DNA of 31,429 bases from a virus (taxonomy: Duplodnaviria > Caudoviricetes): positions 1-31,429 of IMG/VR virus record IMGVR_UViG_3300032194_000027; one strand, given 5' to 3'. Positions 1 to 8,883 of the stretch are shown here, piece after piece. The position numbers were made by a program, and so were the translations under genes. The notes under the pieces were generated by a model. That model searched no databases and was not told where the DNA came from. It saw nothing but the letters and a program-made list of their open reading frames with translations. Position 1 is the first letter of the stretch. The number at the start of each line of letters is the position of its first letter.

Positions 1-2
1 TC

Positions 3-623
3 TCTGGTCCCATTGCTGTCTTTGTTTCTGTTTTCCTCATCTATCCTCTGGGGCAGAGCAGTTGGTTCTTTGCTCCATCCTTCGGTGTTGCAGCAATCTT
101 CCGCTTCCTACTCTTCCTCCAAGGATTTCACAATTGGACCCTGAATCCCTTCCACATGATGGGAGTAGCAGGTATCCTGGGTGGGGCGTTGCTTTCTGCG
201 ATCCATGGTGTTACAGTAGAGAATACTTTGTATCAGGATGGTGAGCAAGCAAACACGTTTAAGGCGTTTGATTCAACGCAAGAAGAAGAAACTTATTCAA
301 TGGTTACGGCAAACCGCTTTTGGTCGCAGATTTTTGGCATCGCGTTTAGCAACAAGCGGTGGCTTCATTTCTTTATGTTGTTTGTCCCTGTTATGGGGCT
401 CTGGACTGCATCCATTGGCATTATCGGTCTTGCCCTTAATCTTCGTGCCTATGATTTTGTATCTCAAGAGATCAGAGCTGCGGAGGATCCTGAGTTTGAG
501 ACCTTCTACACGAAGAACATCCTCTTGAATGAGGGTCTTCGTAACTGGATGGCATCGGTGGATCAACCACATGAAAACTTCATCTTCCCAGAAGAAGTCT
601 TGCCAAGAGGCAACGCTCTCTGA
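3..623 (+). CDS. psbD: Photosystem II D2 protein, 5'-truncated by window edge
   Basis: Open frame from nt 3 reads [57 protein letters not shown]...[10 protein letters not shown], the characteristic D2 sequence and C-terminus. Confidence 0.99.
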   Translation, partial: SGPIAVFVSVFLIYPLGQSSWFFAPSFGVAAIFRFLLFLQGFHNWTLNPFHMMGVAGILGGALLSAIHGVTVENTLYQDGEQANTFKAFDSTQEEETYSMVTANRFWSQIFGIAFSNKRWLHFFMLFVPVMGLWTASIGIIGLALNLRAYDFVSQEIRAAEDPEFETFYTKNILLNEGLRNWMASVDQPHENFIFPEEVLPRGNAL

Positions 624-629
624 TATACT

Positions 630-652
630 GGATCCTTCGGGATCCTTTTTTT
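630..652 (+). terminator. Rho-independent terminator after psbD
   Basis: GGATCC-TTCG-GGATCC stem with cUUCGg loop followed by T7. Confidence 0.92.
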
Positions 653-886
653 ATGTCAAGAAAAAAGAGTGCCTGGAGAGTCTGGGCAAAAGCATTAGGA
701 GAAAAGGCAGGTAGAAATGACAGAGAGGCAGACACAGTGGCTATCATACGCACTGCTATACTTGTTTCTTATATGGTCACTAACGTTGCTATTGTGAGCA
801 ACGCAGTAAGACATTGGGACGACAATAAATATAACGAAAGCACTTCATTAGATAATGTCTGCAGAGGATATCAGGAACATAGTTGA
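653..886 (+). CDS. Small hypothetical protein with one hydrophobic segment
   Basis: 77-aa ORF filling the gap between psbD and the large gene; VAIIRTAILVSYMVTNVAIV hydrophobic stretch. Confidence 0.7.
   Translation: MSRKKSAWRVWAKALGEKAGRNDREADTVAIIRTAILVSYMVTNVAIVSNAVRHWDDNKYNESTSLDNVCRGYQEHS
824..831 (+). promoter_or_regulatory. T4-type late promoter (NATAAATA)
   Basis: AATAAATA 23 nt upstream of the ATG at 855; T4 gp55 consensus is TATAAATA. Confidence 0.7.
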
Positions 887-3800
887 GAGGTGTTACATCG
901 GCACTCCTGGGTATGTAATACCTAACCAACCTAACGCTCTCGATGGTAGCAACCCTGCCTCTGCTGGACTGGGTGGCACGAGTGGTGGTCCTGTGCCTAC
1001 ACCAACCCCTGCTGATGTGATTCAGGAGTTGGTTGGTAGATGCTATGCAGGCACTCCTCCACTAAGACCTAACCCTCTTGACCAGCAGAATCCAGAGATC
1101 CCTGTGGTGCCTGCTGTAGAGCCACCACCTCCAACACCTGCTGAGGTTATTCAGGAGTTGGTGGGACGTTGTTACCCTGGTCTCCCACAGTTGCAACCAT
1201 CGGCAGAGATCCCTGAGGTAGACGACAACGTTATTGATATTGATTTTGGTTTCCTGGATTGGATCTCAGATTACATTCCTGATATGCCATGGATCGATGG
1301 TGGTCTGATCATTAAGACACCTGATCCTAATGACCACTCATCAGTTGTTTACCTTGGAGATGGTGACGACTGTGCTGAAGTTATGAAACTCAGAGTCCGT
1401 GGTCAGGTAGAGAGTATTGGTAACTATCGTTGGAGAAATAAACTAACAGGTGAAATCCTCTACTGTAAAGACAACAACCGTGAGCAGGACCTTGACTGGG
1501 AGCGTTGCGTTAGAAACTCGCTGGATTGTTTCTTCCGTCCCTACATTGGCGGTCGGTGGACGCCACCCAAGCAGGATGGTGACACCTACTACCCAAACAA
1601 CTGGAGTGCAAACAAAGATAGAGTCTGTGTCAAGAATTGCTTCCCACCCAGAGTCCCGATCTATGAAACCGAGAGTGGTGGCAAACACCGCTACAGCAGA
1701 GTCGGCAGTGGTGACGCAGCATTTTATATCCTGAGAGATCCTATCTATCAGGGAGATAAAGAGTTAACTACAGGTCTCTACTACTACACCAACTCTTCAG
1801 GTGATGGTTTCATGACCACCAACCCAGGATCTCCTGACTCTCCTGGTCCTGGTGAGAGATCCACTATGAATGCTGCTGGTATGCAGTTTAGCTCTCTGCT
1901 TGGACATGTCTTCACTTCAGGATCCGATATGATTTCCTGGATGGGTGATGACGAGCAGGCCAATGCTTTGTATCGTTACTACAATGGTAATGATCATATG
2001 TATACCATTGACCCTGAATTTGAGCAGGAGTTTCCTCAGACATATAAGAAACTGAATGCTTATAGAATTCCTAGAGGAGAGATTCAAGCAAATCTTCTGG
2101 TCACTACTGACACTGAGAAAGGATCTGCTGGTTACGACAATGCTCTAGGATATTATCTTGCAACTGAGAATGGTCCTCAGGTTGGTTATGTGGTTGTGCC
2201 ATCTGCACAGTCAGGATCTGACATCAATCGTGTCACCATCACAGCATCCCAATTGAATTCATATAGGGGTGGCAGTATGGGATTCTTCCTCATCCCTGAT
2301 GGTGGTGATCAGAATAGTCTGAGTAGAGGACAGCAGATCAACTTCCAAACACAGGGTGATGGTTTCCGTGGTAGTGGTATCAGCACTGCGGAAGGCAACT
2401 ACTGTTTATTCTCTGACCACAGGTGGAATCCTAATGACAAGGATCAAACCAAGTGGCATGGTAGAAACAAACAGATGTGGGAAGACCTCATGAATGGGGA
2501 TGATGATTATGATGACCTGAAATTCTGGCATAAGGTGCAGTGGCAGAGCAATGGTTACCACCTTGAGGGTATCCAATGCTATGTGTATGAAGATGATGCA
2601 CCACCTCCTGTTTACAGATCACTCGCTCCCTCTGGTTGTGACAGTAGAATCGTTGAAAATTCATTCAAGGATGTAACCATCGCTAGGACTGGTTGTGGTG
2701 GAGACACACCTTCTACGATCTCTGTTGACTTCCTTAATGACCACGAGTGTAAGAGATGTGTAGGTAGTTACAGTGCTCGTCTCAATGACACCCAGACTGT
2801 CGCTATCAAGGGTCCTGGCACTTACAGGATCGTCTCAATGGGTGGCATTACAGGTGGCACCTTGGCGTCCTGTATGAAGTTTAGATTCCGCTTCAAAAAG
2901 AATGGGAGCACTATCTACACGGGCACCTGGACTGCGGAGAGATGGCCAGCAATTGGTCAAGACATTCATACTTCAGATATCAACCTCAGCACAGGTGATA
3001 CATTTACATTTGAATTCCTTGAGTTGATTACTGGACCACAGACAGGCACAGTATCACCACACATTGCTTTGTATGATGTTGACAATGGAGTATTTGATTC
3101 TTCCTTTGCTATTCAGTTGTCTTCTGTGATGGCAGACGATGACATCATGGCATTTGCTGGTGGATCTGGTTGGACCAATCCTATTCAGGGTAACGTTGGT
3201 GCTATCCAATCCTTTGGTATGCAATTCAAACCTTACAACTCAGGTAAGTATCAAGCAGGATCAAAAGCAACAGACTCCTGGCATGTAAACTCTGAGCAGA
3301 AGAGTGTGGGAAGATATACTAATGTCTATTCAAACAGTCTCCCTGTTTCTATGCATGGAGCACTAGAGTTGAATCCTGAGCATCTTGGAGGGCATAGTAG
3401 GACAGAGAATAATAGATTCATGCCTAACATCTCTGGTGGATATATCGATACAGGATATATTTCAGAGGCACTCAGTGAGTATGAGCAGTATGAAAAACCC
3501 ACACACCTTTACAGGAAGCTGACTGGTTGCTACAATAATCTCCTAGAGAATTTCTTGGTCACTAGATTTGATGGTCTCAACATTAGTGGAGGATCAACGA
3601 TCAAGGACCTAGCACCTACAGCATTTGCCAAGACATATCAACCTTGGTATGAGGTAGGCATTGCATCTAGAGGGGATGGGTATGAGAATACTCTCCAGTC
3701 TGAGTGGACTGCTGGACCTGCTGCGGTAGATTACTATGCTCCCACCACATTCATCCATGATTATGTCCTGGATGGTGATGCCTTACAAGGTGCAGGCAAC

Positions 3801-4217
3801 ATTAGTGTTGCTGCTAAACTGAGGATTGGTATTACTTTCTACCCCACCAGAGTCCCAACAGGACAGGCAAGTAGGACTAGATACTACTGGCAGGCAGTCA
3901 TTCATGTAATTCAAATCATTTATCCTGGTCAAGGATATCAGGAAGGCATGGCATTTGATTTGCAATGGCCACCCAATCGTCGTGAGGATGATGAGAATAC
4001 CTCAGCAACTCCTTACTATCCCGACTACCAGAGCAACTTCAAACTTCCTAAGAAGAAACTGGTTGCATGGTATGAGGATGATAAGATGGCAAGACGCCTT
4101 GCTAAGGAGGCTATATACCAGGAGTCTCACAATACAAACTCACCCATCTGGTATTTCTGCTCTGACAGAAACCGTGATAGAATGAAGTTTAGGATTATCA
4201 TTACACAAGCGAGCTAA
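855..4217 (+). CDS. Large putative virion structural protein with N-terminal repeats and a DUF4114-like domain
   Basis: 1120-aa ORF under a late promoter; three xxxELVGRCY-type repeats; SAGYDNALGYY and WEDLMNGDDDYDDLKF motifs resemble DUF4114. Confidence 0.75.
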   Translation: MSAEDIRNIVERCYIGTPGYVIPNQPNALDGSNPASAGLGGTSGGPVPTPTPADVIQELVGRCYAGTPPLRPNPLDQQNPEIPVVPAVEPPPPTPAEVIQELVGRCYPGLPQLQPSAEIPEVDDNVIDIDFGFLDWISDYIPDMPWIDGGLIIKTPDPNDHSSVVYLGDGDDCAEVMKLRVRGQVESIGNYRWRNKLTGEILYCKDNNREQDLDWERCVRNSLDCFFRPYIGGRWTPPKQDGDTYYPNNWSANKDRVCVKNCFPPRVPIYETESGGKHRYSRVGSGDAAFYILRDPIYQGDKELTTGLYYYTNSSGDGFMTTNPGSPDSPGPGERSTMNAAGMQFSSLLGHVFTSGSDMISWMGDDEQANALYRYYNGNDHMYTIDPEFEQEFPQTYKKLNAYRIPRGEIQANLLVTTDTEKGSAGYDNALGYYLATENGPQVGYVVVPSAQSGSDINRVTITASQLNSYRGGSMGFFLIPDGGDQNSLSRGQQINFQTQGDGFRGSGISTAEGNYCLFSDHRWNPNDKDQTKWHGRNKQMWEDLMNGDDDYDDLKFWHKVQWQSNGYHLEGIQCYVYEDDAPPPVYRSLAPSGCDSRIVENSFKDVTIARTGCGGDTPSTISVDFLNDHECKRCVGSYSARLNDTQTVAIKGPGTYRIVSMGGITGGTLASCMKFRFRFKKNGSTIYTGTWTAERWPAIGQDIHTSDINLSTGDTFTFEFLELITGPQTGTVSPHIALYDVDNGVFDSSFAIQLSSVMADDDIMAFAGGSGWTNPIQGNVGAIQSFGMQFKPYNSGKYQAGSKATDSWHVNSEQKSVGRYTNVYSNSLPVSMHGALELNPEHLGGHSRTENNRFMPNISGGYIDTGYISEALSEYEQYEKPTHLYRKLTGCYNNLLENFLVTRFDGLNISGGSTIKDLAPTAFAKTYQPWYEVGIASRGDGYENTLQSEWTAGPAAVDYYAPTTFIHDYVLDGDALQGAGNISVAAKLRIGITFYPTRVPTGQASRTRYYWQAVIHVIQIIYPGQGYQEGMAFDLQWPPNRREDDENTSATPYYPDYQSNFKLPKKKLVAWYEDDKMARRLAKEAIYQESHNTNSPIWYFCSDRNRDRMKFRIIITQAS

Positions 4218-4219
4218 CT

Positions 4220-4654
4220 ATGGCAGGTTTTGGAAAGAAGAGTGACTCTGCAGCGGAGAGATCCCTGGAGAAGTCCACTCGTGAGTTGCGGATGCTCCGT
4301 AAGGTCATCGAGCAATACAAGGATGACCCTAAGGGTCGTGCTAAGATGATGAAGAAGATGAAGAGATATTGGAGTAGCAATGTTGCTACCATCAAGAATC
4401 TTGACTATCAACCTAAGGGTGCAGCATGGCGTCCTGATCAACAACTGATCAAAGACCTGGAAGGATTGACGCAAGATGTTAAGAGTCTTGAAGATCCTCG
4501 TGAAACCGAAGGAGATTCTATAGATAATCTTACGGAGCAGGATATGTCTGCGATCCGTGATATGCTATCTAAAGATAAAGGGGAGACCGCCGATGATCAA
4601 TCTGGACCAGAGATACCTGGAGTATCTGAAGGGGCACAAGAAACTCAGGATTGA
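4220..4654 (+). CDS. Hypothetical protein
   Basis: 144-aa ORF starting 2 nt after the upstream stop; basic N-half, acidic C-half. Confidence 0.75.
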   Translation: MAGFGKKSDSAAERSLEKSTRELRMLRKVIEQYKDDPKGRAKMMKKMKRYWSSNVATIKNLDYQPKGAAWRPDQQLIKDLEGLTQDVKSLEDPRETEGDSIDNLTEQDMSAIRDMLSKDKGETADDQSGPEIPGVSEGAQETQD

Positions 4655-4790
4655 TGGTCTAGAGGAAACAGTCAAGGCATACGGTTGGTCCTGTGATGGA
4701 AACGACATCGTTGGATACTATGTCTTGACAGAGAATTATAAGTTGCACTATAATCTCAACGAATCATTTATTAAATTGGAGGCACGGTAA
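4593..4790 (+). CDS. Small hypothetical cyanophage protein (MINLDQRYLEYL...)
   Basis: ATG at 4593 preceded by GGGGAG; more plausible start than 4557. Confidence 0.75.
   Translation: MINLDQRYLEYLKGHKKLRIDGLEETVKAYGWSCDGNDIVGYYVLTENYKLHYNLNESFIKLEAR
4725..4754 (+). promoter_or_regulatory. Sigma70-type early promoter for tRNA-Ser/talC
   Basis: TTGACA (4725-4730), 18-nt spacer, TATAAT (4749-4754). Confidence 0.75.
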
Positions 4791-4800
4791 GGACCTCCTT

Positions 4801-4885
4801 GGAGAGTTGGTCGAGTGGTTTATGGCACTGGTCTTGAAAACCAGCGATGTGAAAGCATCCCAGGGTTCGAATCCCTGACTCTCCG
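4801..4885 (+). tRNA. tRNA-Ser(TGA), CCA not encoded
   Basis: Acceptor GGAGAGT/ACTCTCC, anticodon arm CTGGT-CT TGA AA-ACCAG, long variable arm, T-loop GGTTCGAATCC, discriminator G. Confidence 0.97.
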
Positions 4886-4906
4886 TGGTCCACACCTAAC
4901 AGTATC

Positions 4907-5560
4907 ATGAAGATTTTTCTGGACACAGCAGATTTCGATGCCATTCGCGATCGTTATAAGACGGGACTGGTAGATGGAATCACAACTAACCCTACCCTGG
5001 TGCGTAAGTCAGGCGTAGACTATCTTGACTTTATCAAGCGACTCTCGGATGAGTTTCACTTCGAGAGTATCTCTGCTGAGGTTGACGGCACTGTCGCTGA
5101 GCAGATGCTTGAAAATGCAAATCAATTTACGGATCTTAAGGACCCTGCTATCACTATCAAACTTCCTCTCACACGAGAAGGACTGATTGCATGTAGTGAT
5201 CTTGCTTTGGGTGGTCAAAAGACTAACGTAACCCTTTGCTTCTCTGCTGCTCAGGCAGTGATGGCAGCAAAGGCAGGAGCAACATATATTTCTCCCTTCG
5301 TGGGACGCTGCAACGACAACTCTTTCAGTGGAGTTGAGCTGGTCCGAGGAATCTCTGGTCTGTATCGGACCCATGGTGCCGAGACCCAGATCCTTGCAGC
5401 CAGTTTGCGAGATGTCCACCATGTGTCTCGCTGCCTGCTGTATGGTGCTAACGTAGTCACGTTGCCACCAGGGGTCTTCGACAAGATGTATGATCACGTC
5501 CTCACTCGTGAGGGTTTGGACATCTTTGAGAAAGATTTCCAGCAACTGTCACACGGTTGA
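4907..5560 (+). CDS. talC: Transaldolase (TalC/Fsa family)
   Basis: MKIFLDTA, GITTNPTL, TIKLP (Schiff-base Lys), TNVTLCFS, YISPFVGR and LAASLR motifs; 217 aa. Confidence 0.97.
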   Translation: MKIFLDTADFDAIRDRYKTGLVDGITTNPTLVRKSGVDYLDFIKRLSDEFHFESISAEVDGTVAEQMLENANQFTDLKDPAITIKLPLTREGLIACSDLALGGQKTNVTLCFSAAQAVMAAKAGATYISPFVGRCNDNSFSGVELVRGISGLYRTHGAETQILAASLRDVHHVSRCLLYGANVVTLPPGVFDKMYDHVLTREGLDIFEKDFQQLSHG

Positions 5561-5584
5561 CAAATTTCAACTCTGTGCTATTAT
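5557..5584 (+). promoter_or_regulatory. Sigma70-type promoter with extended -10
   Basis: TTGACA (5557-5562, containing the talC stop), 16-nt spacer ending TGc, TATTAT (5579-5584). Confidence 0.7.
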
Positions 5585-5589
5585 ACATA

Positions 5590-5670
5590 TGTCGTTACGA
5601 TAAGTAACGATACTTAACACGGGACAAGTCGAGTCCCTATCCATCTGCGGGTAACCATTCCGCAAGTAAC
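5590..5670 (+). other. Candidate structured 5' leader with three hairpins
   Basis: TCGTTAC-gataa-GTAACGA, GGGAC-aagtcga-GTCCC and TGCGG-gtaaccatt-CCGCA. Confidence 0.55.
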
Positions 5671-5685
5671 TAAAGGTAAACAACA

Positions 5686-6057
5686 ATGATCAAAACTGCT
5701 TTCGCTGCTGCCGCTGCAGCCGTCGCTTTCGCTGCTCCTGGTGCTGCCCTGGCAGGTCCCTACGTTAACGTAGAGGCAAACTCAGGATTCACTGGCTCGG
5801 ACTACACTGGGACGACGACAGACGCTCATGTGGGCTACGCTGGCTCTGCTGGTGCTGTGTCCTACGGCGCTCAGATCGGTCCTTCCTTCGTCGTAACTGA
5901 CGGTGGTGAGTCTGACACCGTGCTGTCTGGTAAGGTCTATGGTAGCGTTGCTGCAACCGAGTCCCTGGATGTGTATGGTGAGCTCTCCTTCGCTGGCGGC
6001 GTGGATGATGCTGATAACGGTTATGGCACCAAGGTCGGTGTGACCTGGAGTTTCTGA
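5686..6057 (+). CDS. Exported small outer-membrane beta-barrel-like protein (DUF680-like, cyanobacterial type)
   Basis: Ala-rich signal peptide ending ALA/GPYVNVE, alternating beta-strand pattern, C-terminal YGTKVGVTWSF with terminal Phe. Confidence 0.8.
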   Translation: MIKTAFAAAAAAVAFAAPGAALAGPYVNVEANSGFTGSDYTGTTTDAHVGYAGSAGAVSYGAQIGPSFVVTDGGESDTVLSGKVYGSVAATESLDVYGELSFAGGVDDADNGYGTKVGVTWSF

Positions 6058-6090
6058 TATACATAATACAGAAGCGGAATCTGATGCTTT

Positions 6091-6113
6091 GGGACCTTCG
6101 GGTCCCTTTTTTT
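6091..6113 (+). terminator. Rho-independent terminator
   Basis: GGGACC-TTCG-GGTCCC followed by T7. Confidence 0.92.
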
Positions 6114-6131
6114 CTCTCTACTTTTAATACT

Positions 6132-6386
6132 ATGGCACCCACATCACCAAGAGCAACAGCAATTTATTCCCGTCCTGGTTGTCCCTTCTGCACAAAGATC
6201 AAAGAGGTTTACAAGTCAAAGGGTTGGGGGTATAGTGAGTATGTCCTCGGGACAAACTTCACCAAAGAGCAATTCTATGCTGAGTTTGGACAAGGATCTA
6301 CCTTCCCTCAGGTCATCATTGGTGGTCGGAAGATGGGTGGATGCACCGAGACTGTTAAATACCTGCGTGAGCAACAACTTCTTTGA
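6132..6386 (+). CDS. nrdC: Glutaredoxin
   Basis: CPFC active site, TFPQV and GGC motifs; ATG 6132 lies downstream of the terminator. Confidence 0.92.
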   Translation: MAPTSPRATAIYSRPGCPFCTKIKEVYKSKGWGYSEYVLGTNFTKEQFYAEFGQGSTFPQVIIGGRKMGGCTETVKYLREQQLL

Positions 6387-6739
6387 TGAAAGACTCTTCA
6401 CTAACTGAGCTTTATGAAATCGTTGACCGTGCTATCGATGAAGCGATGGTCAACGATCGATACCTCTTTAGAATGTATGACTATTTGAAACTCGGTAAGT
6501 GGACTCGTCGTGAGACGAATGAATTTATTGAATCATCCTCTGCTGCACAGATCTCTTTCATTGTGGAAGAGTTGAGAGCATACATTAAGGGAGGAGACAA
6601 GACCCTGCGTGAGGCATACGGGCACCTTGGTAAACCCAAGGCAAGGAAACTAGAGAAGTATTTCTATGGGATCCTTGAAGACGCCTGGAAGTATCATGCA
6701 GATCGTAAACCTGGACGCAAGAAGAAAGTGTCTAAATAA
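6383..6739 (+). CDS. Hypothetical protein
   Basis: 118-aa ORF overlapping the glutaredoxin stop; basic C-terminus. Confidence 0.8.
   Translation: MMKDSSLTELYEIVDRAIDEAMVNDRYLFRMYDYLKLGKWTRRETNEFIESSSAAQISFIVEELRAYIKGGDKTLREAYGHLGKPKARKLEKYFYGILEDAWKYHADRKPGRKKKVSK
6731..6738 (+). promoter_or_regulatory. Late promoter variant (CTAAATA)
   Basis: TCTAAATA overlapping the upstream stop; the same variant recurs at 17915 and 26339. Confidence 0.55.
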
Positions 6740-6760
6740 TTACACATAAGGAGAGGCGTT

Positions 6761-7000
6761 ATGGCAGACCTAAGTTTTCTATACATCGCTTTCTTCCTCA
6801 CAATCGGATCATTCCTCTTGGGACTCATCGCAGCATGGAATCTCAAGGGGATTTTTGATGAGTGGAAGGACCGTGCTGAGTATGCAGCAGTTGTGATGCA
6901 TCCTGAGATGCAAACTGAAGATGGTTATGTGGACCCTGCAGACCTTTTATACTTGCGTATTGACAACGATGATGATATGATTGACGATGAAGATGATTGA
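6761..7000 (+). CDS. Small membrane protein with acidic tail
   Basis: GGAGAGG RBS; N-terminal hydrophobic helix LSFLYIAFFLTIGSFLLGLIAAW; D/E-rich end. Confidence 0.8.
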   Translation: MADLSFLYIAFFLTIGSFLLGLIAAWNLKGIFDEWKDRAEYAAVVMHPEMQTEDGYVDPADLLYLRIDNDDDMIDDEDD

Positions 7001-7006
7001 GGTCTG

Positions 7007-7882
7007 ATGATCCTTGTCGATATGAATCAGGTTTGCATCAGCAACCTGATGGTTTCACTAGCACACACGACTGACATCAGTGAAGGACTGGTCCGCCACA
7101 TGGTCTTAAACTCACTCCGATCTTATCGGAATAAGTTTTACAAAGATTACGGCGAGCTGGTCCTTTGCTATGACAGCAAGCATTACTGGCGACGGAAAGA
7201 GTTTCCTCACTACAAGGGGACTCGCAAGAAAGATCGAGAGAAGTCCAACTTCGATTGGCATGAGATCTTTGAGGTCCTGAATAAGATTCGGGACGAGATT
7301 CGTGAGCACCTCCCTTACAAAGTTGTTGAGGTTGATGGTGCTGAAGCAGATGATATCATTGCTACACTGGTAAAGGATCAAGGTCTTGCTAACATCAGGT
7401 TGCAGAATAATATGCAACCTCCTCGCAAGGTCCTCATCCTCTCAGGTGATAAAGACTTCCAACAACTTCAGAAGTATAGGTTTGTTGATCAATACAATCC
7501 TATCCAGAAGAAGTTTGTCCAGTGTGAAGATCCAAAGCAATACATTGCTGAGCACATCCTGAAGGGTGATCGCTCTGATGGCATCCCTAACTTCCTGTCT
7601 GATGATGACACCTTTGTTGCTGGCAAACGTCAGCGACCCATGTCTAAAGTCAAACTGGCACGTTGGGTTGACCAATCGCCTGAGATGTTTACTGATGACA
7701 TCACCTTCAAAAACTACGAGCGTAATCAGAAACTGATTGACTTTGAATTCATTCCAAAGGAGGTCAATGACAACATCATAAATACGTTTGAGAATACAGA
7801 GACCCCAGCACGGGGCAAGATGTATCCCTATTTCATGAGACATGCGTTGAATGAAATGCTAGACCACATTACTGAATTTTGA
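7007..7882 (+). CDS. rnh: T4-like RNase H (5'-3' flap exonuclease)
   Basis: MILVDMNQ, YWRR..FPHYKGTRKK, EADDIIATL, ILSGDKDFQQL and GDRSDGIPN motifs. Confidence 0.96.
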   Translation: MILVDMNQVCISNLMVSLAHTTDISEGLVRHMVLNSLRSYRNKFYKDYGELVLCYDSKHYWRRKEFPHYKGTRKKDREKSNFDWHEIFEVLNKIRDEIREHLPYKVVEVDGAEADDIIATLVKDQGLANIRLQNNMQPPRKVLILSGDKDFQQLQKYRFVDQYNPIQKKFVQCEDPKQYIAEHILKGDRSDGIPNFLSDDDTFVAGKRQRPMSKVKLARWVDQSPEMFTDDITFKNYERNQKLIDFEFIPKEVNDNIINTFENTETPARGKMYPYFMRHALNEMLDHITEF

Positions 7883-7883
7883 G

Positions 7884-8321
7884 ATGAGATTGCTTATTTC
7901 TGAAGTCCTTCAAAAGGCACACTCTGCCAAGACAAAGGCAGCGAAGATTAAAATCCTTCAGGAGAATAATACTCCTACCCTCCGCTCTATCTTCATCATC
8001 AACTTCGACGAGAGCATCGTGCCTCGCGTCCCCCTAGGTGAAGATGTCCCTTACCGTCCTAACGACGCTCCTAAGGGCACAGAGCACACTCTCCTGGAGC
8101 AGGAGAGCAAGAAACTCTATCGCTTCTTCAAGGGTGGTGACGATCGTCTCCCTGGTATGAAGGTAGAGAATATGTTTATTCAGATGCTGGAAGGACTCCA
8201 TCAAGAGGAGGCTGAAGTCCTTATCAAGGCAGTGAATAAGACCCTGCATAAGAAGTATCGTGTTACCCTCTCTGTGGTGAAGGAAGCATTCCCTAACATT
8301 GAATGGGGAGGCAGAGGTTGA
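7884..8321 (+). CDS. Conserved T4-like hypothetical protein
   Basis: 145-aa ORF adjacent to rnh with ENMFIQMLEGLH..EAE motif; CATAAATA at 7777-7784 upstream. Confidence 0.8.
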   Translation: MRLLISEVLQKAHSAKTKAAKIKILQENNTPTLRSIFIINFDESIVPRVPLGEDVPYRPNDAPKGTEHTLLEQESKKLYRFFKGGDDRLPGMKVENMFIQMLEGLHQEEAEVLIKAVNKTLHKKYRVTLSVVKEAFPNIEWGGRG

Positions 8322-8602
8322 AATTGAATGATCAACAAATCGAAGTGATCAACTCTTATGGATGTAAGGTCATCCATACGGGTTGCACTAAAGCCGCTGC
8401 CGAAGATAAGTCTCTTCCCAATAATGCTTACCTCCTCACGTTGCAAAAGGGAGAAGAGACTTGGCATGATATTGTTATGGGTATGCAAGCAGACATCTTC
8501 GATGCATACTATGATATGTTTGGGCATGTCATGAAGAAGATGGACTATGCTATGGGCACTCGTAATCCAAAACTCTGGGGTCTCGATAAGAAAAAGAAAT
8601 GA
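8318..8602 (+). CDS. Hypothetical protein (start uncertain: 8303, 8318 TTG or 8328)
   Basis: ORF fills the gap; TTG at 8318 overlaps the upstream stop and follows GGAGG. Confidence 0.7.
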   Translation: MKLNDQQIEVINSYGCKVIHTGCTKAAAEDKSLPNNAYLLTLQKGEETWHDIVMGMQADIFDAYYDMFGHVMKKMDYAMGTRNPKLWGLDKKKK

Positions 8603-8883
8603 GTAACGACGACGTTTATTTTAATGCCAAGGCTGCCTTTGAGCAGAAGTTGCAAGACATTGCTGCTAAAGAAGAGGCAGATCAAGAAGAAGATGAGAAG
8701 CAGAAAAATATCATGACAGGTGCAGCAGCATTGGGATTCCTTGTAGGGATGCTATGCTATCCTGTCATTCTTCTGCTACTATGGAATTGGTTAATGCCTG
8801 GTCTGTTTGGTTTGGCAACCATCGGATACCTGAAGGCAGCAGCACTTATTATTATTGCGAGGATTCTTTTTAAGCATGACTGA
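8599..8883 (+). CDS. Small membrane protein
   Basis: ATGA-type overlap with the upstream gene; acidic N-half and two hydrophobic helices flanking LWNWLMPGLFGL. Confidence 0.8.
   Translation: MSNDDVYFNAKAAFEQKLQDIAAKEEADQEEDEKQKNIMTGAAALGFLVGMLCYPVILLLLWNWLMPGLFGLATIGYLKAAALIIIARILFKHD

Noticed and set aside
3-623. Intron or homing endonuclease associated with psbD
   Set aside because: The visible reading frame is continuous, and no HNH, GIY-YIG or LAGLIDADG ORF is present in the window.
5009-5545. 178-aa antisense ORF over talC, and similar ones over rnh, gp32 and gp5
   Set aside because: Fully nested opposite well-supported genes, with no recognisable protein features.
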